Positions 1-11,800 of a DNA stretch of 64,000 bases are shown here, piece by piece. Position numbers and translations under genes: made by a program. The notes under the pieces are model-generated. The model made no database searches. It worked only from the letters and a program-made list of their open reading frames with translations, and had not been told where the DNA came from. The first letter of the stretch is position 1. Every line of letters begins with the position of its first letter. The DNA comes from Phyllobates terribilis. Lineage: Eukaryota. The stretch spans positions 271,746,001 through 271,810,000 of the forward strand of contig NW_027362763.1 in the NCBI RefSeq assembly GCF_046119375.1. Direction: 5' to 3'.

Positions 1-269
1 TAGAACTGTTCGCCAATCTCAAATTCGAGCTGTTTTGGGCGGTGTTCGAGTTGTTCGACGAACCCGAACGATTTGCAAAAAATTCGGCTGTTCGAGGTTA
101 TGTTCGATAACTGTTCGTGCACCAAAAGCGTGTCCTGCATGTCTGGCGCTATTTAGAGCACCAATCATGCAGGGATTGTCTGCCACTCACTGTAATGCCA
201 CAGCCATGGTGGTTGTGGCATTACAGTGATTGCCCAAATCGATGGGAACAGTGCCAACAGTGAAACATG

Positions 270-1050
270 AAAAGCCGGCAATTCATCAGCGGCATACACC
301 GGTACCCGACAATTTAGAACCGAAAGAATAGAGCTTCACACATAGATTAGATAGATAGAAACATGTCAGTCACACATATAAGAAGCACAGTGACAGTGTT
401 GCTTACTGTACTTGTCATTTAGTGTAAAGGATTTATCAAAAAAAATAATAGTGTTTTCATGCACCGTCTCTTTAAAAAAGCCGGCCGGCAATTCAGCAGC
501 GGTACCTGACAATTTATAACAGACAGAATAGAGCTTCACACATAGATTAGATAGATAGAAACATGTCAGTCACATATATATGAAGTACAGTGACAGTGTT
601 GATTACTGTACTTGTCATTTAGTGTAAAGGATTTATTAAAAAAAATAATAGTGTTTTCATGCACCGTCTCTTTAAAAAAGCCAGCCGGCAATTCAGCATC
701 TGTACCCGACAATTTAGAATAGAAGGAATAGAGAATCACACATAGATTAGATAGATAGAAACAGGTCAGTCACATATATATGAAGTACAGTGACAGTGTT
801 GCTTACTGTACTTGTCATTTAGTGTAAAGGATTTATTAAAAAAAAATAATAGTGTTTTCTTGCACCGTCTCTTTAAAAAAGCCGGCCGGCAATTCAGCAT
901 CTGTACCCGACAATTTAGAATAGAAGGAATAGAGAATCACACATAGATTAGATAGATAGAAACATGTCAGTCACATATATATGAAGTACAGTGACAGTGT
1001 TGATTACTGTACTTGTCATTTAGTGTTAAAATAAAGGATTTATTTAAAAA
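270..1050 (+). repeat. About 200-bp tandem repeat, 4 copies
   Basis: GCCGGCAATTCA recurs at 274, 484, 684 and 885. Each unit contains CACATAGATTAGATAGATAGAAACATGTCAGTCAC. Confidence 0.9.
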
Positions 1051-4000
1051 AAAATTGGCATGGGGATCCCCATAATTTTAGGCTCTAGCGGAGGTTAACC
1101 AGACGGCTGGGGCAGATGTTTGAAGCCTGGGAAGGGGGTAATACCCACGGAGCTTCCCAGGCTACTAATATCAGCCCCCAGCGGAATACCTAGCCTTTAC
1201 TAGCTATTAAAATGGGGGACCCCGCAAAAAAATGACGTGGGTTCCCCCCTATTTTAATAGCTAGCAAAGGCTAGGCAGACAGCTGGGGGCTGATATTAAT
1301 AGCCCAGGAAGGGTTCCATGAATATTGGCCCCCTCCCAGGCTAGAAACACCAGCCGTCAGCCGCCCCAGAAATGGCGCATCCTTAGGATGCGCCAATTCT
1401 GGCACTTAGCCTCGCTCTTCCCACTGCCCTGTAGCGGTGGCAGTGGGGTAATAGGGTTGGGGTTGATGTCAGCTTATAATGCCAGCTGACATCAAGCCCA
1501 AGTTAGTAATGGAGAGGCGTCTATAAGACACCCCCATTACTAACCCCATAGTCAAAGTTAAAAGAAAACACAAACACCCAGAATAAAGTCCTTTAATTGA
1601 AATAAAGACACATTCCTTTATTGTTCTAAATTAAACCATACTTACCGTCACGCCCATTCCAGCTGAAGCCAACGATCTCTTGCAATAAAAGAAAAATAAT
1701 AAAGCAACCTCATCCTTACCTTTCCATGGATCCCACGACAGCTTCAGCTCTGCTACATCGAGATAACAGGCTGGACCGCAGCAGAACGCTGCCATCCAGC
1801 CTGTCATCCCGCAGACACTGAGAAGCGCAGGCATGCTTGCGCTCTGCAGTGTCTGGCTGTGACGGCATCCAGATGAGCCGAGGTCATGTCCAATGAACTC
1901 GGCGCACCTCATGCACGTCACTGACAGCGTGGGAGAATTCTCCTGCACTCAGCACTTCAGCGTGAGAATTCTCCCACGCTGTCAGTGACGTACATGAGGT
2001 CAGCTGAGTTCATTGGACATGAATGAGCTCACCTCATGCACGTCACTGACAGCGTGGGAGAATTCTCACGCTGTAGCGCTGAGTGCAGGAGAATTTTCCC
2101 ACGCTGTCAGTGACGTGCATGAGGTGAGCTAAGGTCATTGGACATGAATGAGCTCACCTCATGCACGTCACTGACAGCGTGGGAAAATTCTCCTGCACTC
2201 AGCGCTTCAGCGTGAGAATTTTCCCACGCTGTCAGTGACGTGCATGAGGTGAGCTCATTCATGTCCAATGAACTCAGCTGACCTCATGTACGTCACTGAC
2301 AGCATGGGAGAATTTTCACGCTGAAGTGCTGAGTGCAGGAGAATTCTCCCACGCTGTCAGTGACGTGCATGAGGTGTGCCGAGTTCATTGGACATGAACT
2401 TGTCTCATCTTTATGCCGTCACAGCGAGACACTGAGGAGCGCAAGCATGCCTGCGCTTCTCAGTGTCCGCGGGATGACAGGCTGGATGGCAGCTTTCTGC
2501 TGCGGTCCAGCCTGTCATCTCGATGTAGCAGAGCTGAAGCTGTCGTGGGAACCATGGAAAGGTAAGGATGAGGTTGCTTAATTATTTTACTTTTATTGCA
2601 GAAGACATTGGCTTCAGCTGGAATGGGCGTGACGGTAAGTATGGTTTAATTTAGAACAATAAAGAATTGTGTGTTTATTTCAATTAAAGGACTTTATTCT
2701 GGGTGTTGTGTTTTTTTAAATACTTTACTAGAAATTCATGGTGGTCATGTCTAATATTGGCATGACCCCATGAATTTCGGGCTTAGGGCCAGCTGATAAT
2801 GCCAAGCTGGCCTTAACCCCTTTATTACCCAGTGAGCCACCGCACCAGGGCCCTGGATGAGTTGGGTACAGCGCCTGAAGATGGCGCTTCTATGAACGCG
2901 CCATTTTCTGGGGCAGCTGCGGACTGCAATTTGCAGCGGGTGGGGCCCAGAAAGCTTGGGCCTCCCTGCGCTGCGGATTCCAGCTCCCAGCTGCCTAGTT
3001 GTACCTGGCTAGACACAAAAATAGGGCGAAGCCCCACGCATTTTTTTTTTAAATTATTTCATGAAATTCATGGAATAATTAAGAAAAAAAGGGCTTCCCT
3101 ATATTGTTGTGTCCAACCAGGTACAAATAGGCAGCTGGTGGTTGGGGGCAGCCCGTCCCTGCCTGCTGTACCTGGCTGGACACAAATATAGTGCGAAGCC
3201 CCACGTCAATTTTTTTTTAATTATTTCATGAAATAATTTTTTTAAAAAAGGGCTTCCCTATATTGTTGTGTCTGGCCAGGTACAAATAGGCAGCTGGTGG
3301 TTGGGGGCAGCCCGTTCCTGCCTGCTGTACCTGACTGGACACAAATATAGGGCGAAGCCCCACGTCAATTTTTTTTTTAATTATTTCAGGAAATTCATGA
3401 AATAATGAAAAAAAAATTGATGTGGGGCTTCGCCCTATATTTGTGTCCAGTCAGGTACAGCAGGCAGGAACGGGCTGCTCCCAACCACCAGCTGCCTATT
3501 TGTACCTAGCCGGACACAACAATATAGGGAAGCCCTTTTTTTCTTAATTATTCCATGAATTTCATGAATTTAAAAAAAAAATACGTGGAGCTTCGCCCTA
3601 TTTTTGTGTCCAGCCAGGTACAACTAGGCAGCTGGGGGCTGGAATCTGCAGCGCAGGGAGGCCCAAGCTTTCTGGGCCCCACCCGCTGCAAATTGCAGTC
3701 CGCAGCCGCCCCGGAAAATGGCGCGTTCATAGAAGCGCCATCTTCTGGCGCTGTACCCAACTCATCCAGGCCCTGGTGCGGTGGCTCACTGGGTAATAAA
3801 GGGGTTAAGGCCAGCTTGGCATTATCAGCTGGCCCTAAGCCCAAAATTCATGGGGTCACGCCAATATTAGACATGACCACCATGAATTTCTAGTAAAGTA
3901 TTTAAAAAAAACACAACACCCAGAAAAAAGTCCTTTAATTGAAATAAACACACAATTCTTTATTGTTCTAAATTAAACCATACTTACCATCATGCCCATT

Positions 4001-5214
4001 CCAGCTGAAGCCAATGATCTCCTGCAATAAAAGTAAAATAATAAAGCAACATCATCCTTACCTTACCATGGCTCCCACGACAGCTTCAGCTCTGCTACAT
4101 CGAGATGACAGGCTGGACCGCAGCAGAACGCTGCCATCCAGCCTGTCATCCCGCAGACACTGAGAAGCGCAGGCTTGCTTGCGCTACTCAGTGTCTGGCT
4201 GTGACGGCATCCAGATGAGCCGAGGTCATGTCCAATGAACTCGGCGCACCTCATGCACGTCACTGACAGCGTGGGAAAATTCTCACGCTGAAGCGCTGAG
4301 TGCAGGAGAATTTTCCCACGCTGTCAGTGACGTACATGAGGTGAGCCGAGTTTATTGTCGGCTCATCTGGATGCCGTTACAGTCAGACACTGAGGAGCGT
4401 AAGCATGCCTGCGCTTCTCAGTGTCTGCGGGATGACAGGCTGGATGGCAGCGTTCTGCAGGTCCAGCCTGTCATCTCAATGTAGCAGAGCTGAAGCTCTC
4501 CTGGGAACCATGGAAAGGTAAGGATGAGGTTGCTTTATTATTTTTCTTTTATTGCAGGAGATCGTTGGCTTCAGCTGGAATGGGCGTGATGGTAAGTATG
4601 GTTTAATTTAGAACAATAAAGAATTGTGTCTTTATTTCAATTAAAGGACTTTATTCTGGGTGTTTGTGTTTTTTTTTTAACTTTGACTATGGGGTTAGTA
4701 ATGGGGGTGTCTTATAGACGCCTCTCCATTACTAACCTGGGCTTGATGTCAGCTGGCATTATAAGCTGACATCAACCCCAACCCTATTACCCCCTGCCAC
4801 CGCACCAGGGCAGCGTGGAAGAGCGAGGCTAAGTGCCAGAATTGGCGCATCCTATGGATGCGCCATTTCTGGGGCGGCTGACGGCTGGTGTTTCTAGCCT
4901 GGGAGGGGGCCAATATTCATGGCTCCCTTCCTGGGCTATTAATATCAGCCCCCAGCTGTCTGCCTAGCCTTTGCTAGCTATTAAATTAAGGGGGAACCCA
5001 CGTCATTTTTTTTGGGGGGGTCCTCCATTTTAATAGCTAGTAAAGGCTAGGTATTCAGCTGGGGGCTGATATTAGTAGCCTGGGAAGCTCCGTGGGTATT
5101 ACCCCCTTCCCAGGCTTCAAACATCTGCCCCAGCTGTCTGCTTAACCTCCGCTAGAGCCTAAAATTACGGGGAACCCCACGCCAATTTTTTTTAATAATA
5201 AATCCTTTATTTTA

Positions 5215-5778
5215 ATACTAAATGACAAGTACAGTAACCAGCACTATCACTGTACTTATTATATATGTGACTGACATGTTTCTATCTATCTAATCTATGT
5301 GTGAAGCTCTATTCTGTCTGTTATAAATTGTCGGGTACAGATGCTGAATTGCCGGCCGGCTTTTTTAAAGAGACGGTGCATGAAAACACTATTATTTTTT
5401 TGATAAATCCTTTACACTAAATGACAATTACAGTAAGCAACACTGTCACTGTACTTCATATATATGTGGCTGACATGTTTCTATCTATCTAATCTATGTG
5501 TGATTCTCTATTCCTTCTATTCTAAATTGTCGGGTACAGATGCTGAATTGCCAGCCGGCTTTTTTAAAGAGACGGTGCACGAAAACACTATTATATTTTT
5601 TAATAAATCCTTTACACTAAATGACAAGTACAGTAAGCAATACTGTCACTGTACTTCATATATATGTGACTGACATGTTTCTATCTATCTAATCTATGTG
5701 TGATGCTCTATTCCTTCATGTCTAAATTGTCGGGTACCGGTGTATGCCGCTGCTGAATTGCCGGCCGGCTTTTTTAAA
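5215..5778 (-). repeat. About 200-bp tandem repeat, about 3 copies, inverted relative to 270-1050
   Basis: GTGACTGACATGTTTCTATCTATCTAATCTATGTG and TGAATTGCCGGC recur. These are reverse complements of the left array. Confidence 0.9.
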
Positions 5779-5992
5779 GAAAGCGTCTTCTGAGCAGTTT
5801 GTGAGCTTTTGGACACCTTTGAAGGTGTTTTCTATGTGTTCCTATGTGTTTTTGTTTGCCTGCCATTGGTTTTAACGGTGTTCGACGGTGTTCTAAGGTG
5901 TTCGACGAACAGTTCGACGAACAGTTCCTCGAACATCTCGGTGTTCGACGAACCGAACCGAACCCGAACACTACGGGGGTGGCTCAACACTA

Positions 5993-7970
5993 CCTGCGAT
6001 ACAACAGCATGTCGCAGACAACATCACCCGTTCCTTGTCTAAATCTACATGTGCCAGGGTGCATTTCACCACAGACACCTGGACAATTAAGCTTGGCCAT
6101 GGCCAACATCTCACTGACTGGGCACTGGGTGACTTTGGTGGCTGTGGGGGCAGGCGGGCAAGGGGCTGCTCCACAAATCTTGGAATCCCCAAGGCTTGCA
6201 GAAGAAACCTCTGTATTTCCCACTTCCTCCGCTGCTTCTGCGTCCTCCACCTCCTCTAGGGCCTCCACCTGTGCACTCAACTTCTGCCTTAATGAGATAC
6301 ATGTTCCAAGGGTGCGGAGCGAATACACACTGCCTCCGAACTGCGAAGTCAGGTCTCACTGTAATCAGGCAGGCTTCAAATTAATATGCCTTGGAGATCG
6401 CAGTCATACCGGTGAAGAGTTGTGGGCAGCTCTCCAGGCTCAGTTTGAGCAATGGCTGTCTCCGTTGAACCTAGAGCCATGGAAGGCCGTGTGAAATAAC
6501 GGTGCGAACCTGTTAGCGGCCCTAGGAGAGACAAGCTTGCACACGTGATATGCATGGCTCACATCCTCAACCTGGTGGTACAGCGATTTCTCCGCCACTA
6601 TCCTGGCCTGGATGAGCTGCTTCACAAATTACGGAAGCTGTGTGCCCACTTCCGCCATTCGCACCCCTCATGTCATCGACTTGCATCGATACAGAGGTCT
6701 TTGTCTGTGCCAGTTAACAGGTTGATCTGTGATGTGCTGACGCGTGCTGCAGCGACTGTGCCAGCAGCAACGAGCTCTGACGCAGTATGTCATGATGTTT
6801 AGCTTGGGGCAACGCAGTACGGACTTGGGGCATATCACGTTTGCCGAGTGGGAACAGATTAAGGACCTCTGCACCCTTCTGCACGGTTTTGAAACGGCGA
6901 CTAAACTGAAAAGCTCTGACGATGCAGTCATCATCATCACTACTCCGGTCATATACATGCTGGAGCAAACTTTGAATAACCTGTGGCAGGAGGTGGTGGC
7001 CCCAGAAGAAGAGGAGGATGCGGAAAGGATACCAATGTCTCAAATTTCCTGACTGTCGTCACACAGGCGGATGCCAAGTGACGGTGGATTACAGCGATCA
7101 AAGGGGTTTGATGATACCAGGCAAACGGTTAGTGAAGGTGTAAGAGCTGAGGAACTAATGGAGGAGGAAGGATAATCATCCCCTCTTGTTTGAACATGGT
7201 TGGCAGGAGGGAACGGAGGAAACAAGCAACAGTGTTACGCAGCCCACAATACAGCCCAACATATGAGTGCCTTCTTGATGTACTATCTGCAACTTGATCC
7301 CCGTATAGTTAGGATTCAAAATAAAGCTGACTACTGGGTTGCCACTCTGTTAGATCCATGTTATAAGAGTCAATTTTTCCAGATGCTTCCTGCCCTGGAA
7401 AGGGACACGCTTATGTTGCAGAATCGAAACAAGCTTTTAAGGAAACTTAATAGAGGTTTTCCCCAAGATAACAGTGAGGCACACAGTGTGCATCACAGCT
7501 GTAGTCTTTCAACCTCCAGCACGTCAGTTCTTCAATGCCAAAACATTAGCAGCAGCAGCAGATTAAGTGCCAGAAGCAATTTCTGGGAGTCCTTTCACAC
7601 ATTTTTTGCACCAGCTCGTGCACCAGCACAACAGAGTACAGGTCTTACACGTATTGAACGACTAGAGAGGATGGTGCAGGAGTATCTAGAGTTCAACATT
7701 AATACCATCAGAGAGGCTTTGGACCCTTTTACATTTTGGTCTTCAAAAATGGATGAATGACCTGAGCTCGCCTCTCACGCTTTGGAGGTTTTATCATCTC
7801 CAGCAGCCAGCGTTCTCTCTGAACGGGTCTTCAGTGCTGCTGGTGGTGTCCTGACGGATAAGCGCACCCGGCTATCCCCTGAAATTGTGGACCGCCTAAC
7901 TTTCATCAAGACGAACAAGTCATTGATCTCCAAGGATTTTTGCACCCCAATTGCAGACTGTACAGAGTAG
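5993..7970 (+). pseudogene. hAT (BED-type) transposase remnant, catalytic and dimerisation regions, interrupted at its 5' side by the 1-5992 element
   Basis: Frames read PAIQQHVADNITRSLSKSTCARVHFTTDTW, CMAHILNLVVQRFL, VATLLDPCYK and EVLSSPAASVLSERVFSAAGGVLTDKRTRLS. Several stops and frameshifts. Confidence 0.9.
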
Positions 7971-8039
7971 GCGATGCTGTCGTTTTGAGTGTGCTGCATT
8001 GATCTCTTGAAATTGCAGTCTGTTGTATGGCTTCTGTGC

Positions 8040-8410
8040 CTGCTCTTTCTGCTGCTGCAGGTTTTAGGCCCTAATTTTGGGAAATGTGGAGAATTCTGAT
8101 AGGGTCTCCATCCATTGGGTTGGCTGTAGTGGGACAGGTTTGAGTCTGTGTTAAACTACTTGTAGTCTGATGACATTGATGCCACTTTGGTGGTGTTAGG
8201 CCCTCATCTAGGGCAATGTGAACACTCTGGTTAGGTCTCCATCTCCTTGGTTGGCTGTACTGGAAGAGGTATGGGTCATATTTACACTATTTGTACAGTA
8301 GTGAAATTGATGCCACTTTGCTGGCGTCTGCCACTAATTTTTTTAAATGTGGGGATTCCTGATTGGGTCTCCACCTATTGGGTTGGCTGTAGTGGAACCT
8401 TCCTGTTCTG
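8040..8410 (+). repeat. About 130-bp degenerate tandem repeat, 3 copies (3' subterminal array of the hAT remnant)
   Basis: The motif GGTCTCCA..CATTGGGTTGGCTGTAGTGG recurs near 8100, 8232 and 8365, directly after the transposase stop. Confidence 0.6.
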
Positions 8411-8436
8411 TGTGTAAGGTTGTGTACCAGTCCTTG

Positions 8437-8771
8437 CTGCACTCCGGATACAGATTTTGCCTACTTGCACTCCTGATACAGACTCTGCCTACTGCACTCT
8501 GATACAGACGCTGCCTGCTGAACTCCTGATACAGACTCTGCCTGCTGCACTCTGATACAGACTCTGCCAGCTGCACTCCGGATTCAGACTCTGCCTGCTG
8601 CACTCTGATACAGACTCTGCCTGCTGCACTCTGATACAGACTCTGCCTGCTGCACTCATGATACAGACTCTGGCTGCTGCACTCTGATACAGACTCTGCC
8701 TGCAGCACTCTGAAACAGACTTTTCCTGCTGCACTCTGATACAGACTCTGCCTGCTGCACTCTGATACAGA
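8437..8771 (+). repeat. 26-bp minisatellite (CTGCACTCTGATACAGACTCTGCCTG)n, about 13 copies, resuming at 14990-15030
   Basis: Period 26 (starts at 8598 and 8624). The array is split by the Gypsy insertion and continues after 14989. Confidence 0.9.
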
Positions 8772-8833
8772 TGTTATGATCTGCAACATGTACTAAGGAG
8801 AGATAGGGGAAAGCTCCCTACAGAAAGACTAAG
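8772..8833 (-). repeat. Truncated 3' LTR (terminal 62 bp only)
   Basis: Matches 14547-14610, then joins directly to integrase N-terminal sequence at 8834. The PPT, chromodomain and most of the LTR are deleted. Confidence 0.85.
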
Positions 8834-11800
8834 TCTCCAAAATTCCTGAGTGACCTACCAACCGAGACTCATGACACTCCACAAACAAATCTCTCCTAAA
8901 GGTTCTAGGCACGAACAACCTCCCACGGGGAGTGTTAGATGGAGCATCATCTTGAGCTTTCAGAATCTCATTCTCCAAAACGGAGTCCAATGCCGCCACC
9001 ACAACTCCTTTCTGTTAAATGCTCTCCTTCTCCTCGGCACCGACTGTAGGAGAAAAGATGCGAGATAAACCATCGGCATTAACATTCTTAGTACCAGCGA
9101 TAAAGGTAACAGAAAAATGAAACCGATAAAAAAAAAGTGAACACCTAGCTTGACGGGCATTCAAGCGATGGCAGCATCAAGATAGATCAAATTCTTATGA
9201 TCTATGAACACCTGAATAGGAAATCTAGCGCCTTCCATAAAATGACGCCAATGTTCAAACGCGAGTTTAATAGCCAGCAACTCCCGATTTCCAACATCAT
9301 AATTCAGTTCGGTTTCCGAAATTTTTTTCGAAAAGAAGGCACAAGGATGTACTCCATCCCTGTTCTCCTGAGACAAAACTGCTCCGACCCCACCGATGAA
9401 GCATCGACCTCGACCAAAAAAGGCTTGGTCTCATCAGGCTTCATAAGAATAGGGGCAGAACTGAACCTCTCTTTGAGATACTTAAACGCTTCAATGGCCT
9501 CAGTAGTCCATTGGACCGTATTCGCACCTTTCCTGGTGAGATCGGTTAGAGGCTTAACAATTACAGAAAAATTCTTAATGAATTTCCTTAAATAATTGGC
9601 AAAACCCAAAAATCTCTGTATAGATTTCAAACCAATAGGTCTTGGCCATTCCTGCACAGCCTGAACCTCTACTGGGTCCATCTCAAAGCCCTCGCTGGAG
9701 ACAATGTAGCCCAAAAAACTAATTTTCTGCAAAGCGAACTCACATTTCTCCAGCTTAGCAAAGAGTGAATTATCACTCAATAACAGCAATAATTCACATA
9801 TTCTCTGCCAATGGGACTCTAGATCTGGTGAATAATTCAAAACCTCCTTAGGTTTCCTGTCAAAATACTTCTTGGAATTCTTGTTAGCCACTTGAAGGTC
9901 GCAACGTACATTAGTCCAAACTCTCTCCAAATCATCGGAAAAATTCTCCTCCTCCAGCATCGCCGACCCCAACTTGGAGAACGAACCAAAAGACTTATGT
10001 CTCCCAGTACAACAAAAAAAAGGAGAACACCCAGCAGAGGAGGATGTATGATTGTTAAGAGCAAATTCTGTGAGAAGCAGTAACTTAGACCACACCTCTT
10101 GATTGTCCACCACAAAACAACGCAAAAACTATTCAACATCCTGGTTCTTTCTTTCAGTCTGTCCATTAGACTCAGGATGACACCCAGATGAAAATGACAA
10201 AAGGACTCCCAACCTGTCACAAAAAGCAAGCCAAAAGCGAGCCACAAACTGAGGTTTTCTATCAGAAACAATATCCGTGGGAACGCCATGAATCTTGACA
10301 ATCTCCTTAACAAACGCCTTAGCGAGTGTCTTGGCACAGGGCAACTTAATGAATGGAACCAAATGACACATCTTACTAAAATGGTCCACGACCACCCAGA
10401 TGACAGTAAAACCCTCGGACATAGAAAGATCAGTAATAAAATCCATTGTGAGATGCGTCCAAGGCGCACTAGGAACCTCCAGAGGGCAAAGCAACTCCGC
10501 AGCAGGAGTATGTGAAGCCTTTGACCTAGCATACACCGTACATTGATGCACACACTTGATGACTTCCTTCTGCCATACAGGCCACCAAAAACTGCAACTG
10601 ATAAGTCTCTTAGTCTCCAAACTTCCTGGGTGACCTGCCAACCGAGACTCATGACACTCCACAAACAAATCTCTCCTAAAGGTTTTAGGCACGAACAACC
10701 TCCCACTTGGAGTGTTAGATGGAGCATCATCTTGAGCTTTCAGAATCCCATTCTCCAAAACGGAGTCCAATGCCACCACCACAACTCCTTTCTGTAAAAT
10801 GCCCTCCTCCTCCTCGGCACCGACTGTAGGAGAAAAGCTGCGAGAAAAAGCATCGGATTTAACATTCTTAGTACCAGGGATAAAGGTAACAGAAAAATGA
10901 AACCGAGAAAAAAAAAGTGAACACCTAGCTTGACGGGCATTCAAGCGATGGCAGCATCCAGTTAGATCAAATTCTTATGATCTATTAACACCTGAATAGG
11001 AAATCTAGTGCCTTCCAAAAAATGACGCCAATGTTCAAATGCGAGTTTAATAGCCAGCAACTCCCGATTTCCAACATCATAATTCAGTTCAGTTTCCGAA
11101 ATTTTTTTCAAAAAGAAGGCACAAGGATGTACTCCATCCCTGTTCTCCTGAGACAAAACTGCTCCGACCCCACCGATGAAGCATCGACCTCGACCAAAAA
11201 AGGCTTGGTCTCATCAGGCTTCATAAGAATAGGGGCAGAACTGAACCTCTCTTTGAGATACTTAAACGCTTCAATGGCCTCAGTAGTCCATTGGACCGTA
11301 TTCGCACCTTTCCTGGTGAGATCGGTTAGAGGCTTAACAATTACAGAAAAATTCTTAATGAATTTCCTTAAATAATTGGCAAAACCCAAAAATCTCTGTA
11401 TAGATTTCAAACCAATAGGTCTTGGCCATTCCTGCACAGCCTGAACCTCTACTGGGTCCATCTCAAAGCCCTCGCTGGAGACAATGTAGCCCAAAAAACT
11501 AATTTTCTGCAAAGCGAACTCACATTTCTCCAGCTTAGCAAAGAGTGAATTATAACTCAATAACAGCAATAATTCACATATTCTCTGCCAATGGGACTCT
11601 AGATCTGGTGAATAATTCAAAACCTCCTTAGGTTTCCTGTCAAAATACTTCTTGGAATTCTTGTTAGCCACTTGAAGGTCGCAACGTACATTAGTCCAAA
11701 CTCTCTCCAAATCATCGGAAAAATTCTCCTCCTCCAGCATCGCCGACCCCAACTTGGAGAACGAACCAAAAGACTTATGTCTCCCAGTACAACAAAAAAA

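Larger units (their letters stand above)
270..5778. repeat. Nested foldback (giant imperfect palindrome centred near 3395, with sub-hairpins centred near 2140 and 4350)
   Basis: Reverse-complement pairs: 270-1050 with 5215-5778, 1050-1630 with 4620-5210, 2700-3390 with 3400-3960, 1630-1950 with 2333-2700, and 3960-4330 with 4370-4680. Mirror ORFs in the track (1631- and 2333+, 2832+ and 3548-, 2825- and 3555+) confirm the inversions. Confidence 0.9.
1..5992 (+). mobile_element. Non-autonomous hAT DNA transposon (family A ends); left TIR lies just upstream of the window
   Basis: 1-128 matches the GTTCG-rich left subterminus of the element at 30855 (offset about 22 bp). 5780-5992 matches its right end 41960-42163 and ends in the TIR GCTCAACACTA. 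No transposase inside. The right flank CCTGCGAT continues directly as hAT transposase coding sequence. Confidence 0.85.

Noticed and set aside
8413-8436. Putative 5' TG end and TSD for the older LTR hosting the Gypsy insertion
   Set aside because: Candidate flanks (CTGTG or TGTG versus GTGCA) do not form a convincing duplication.
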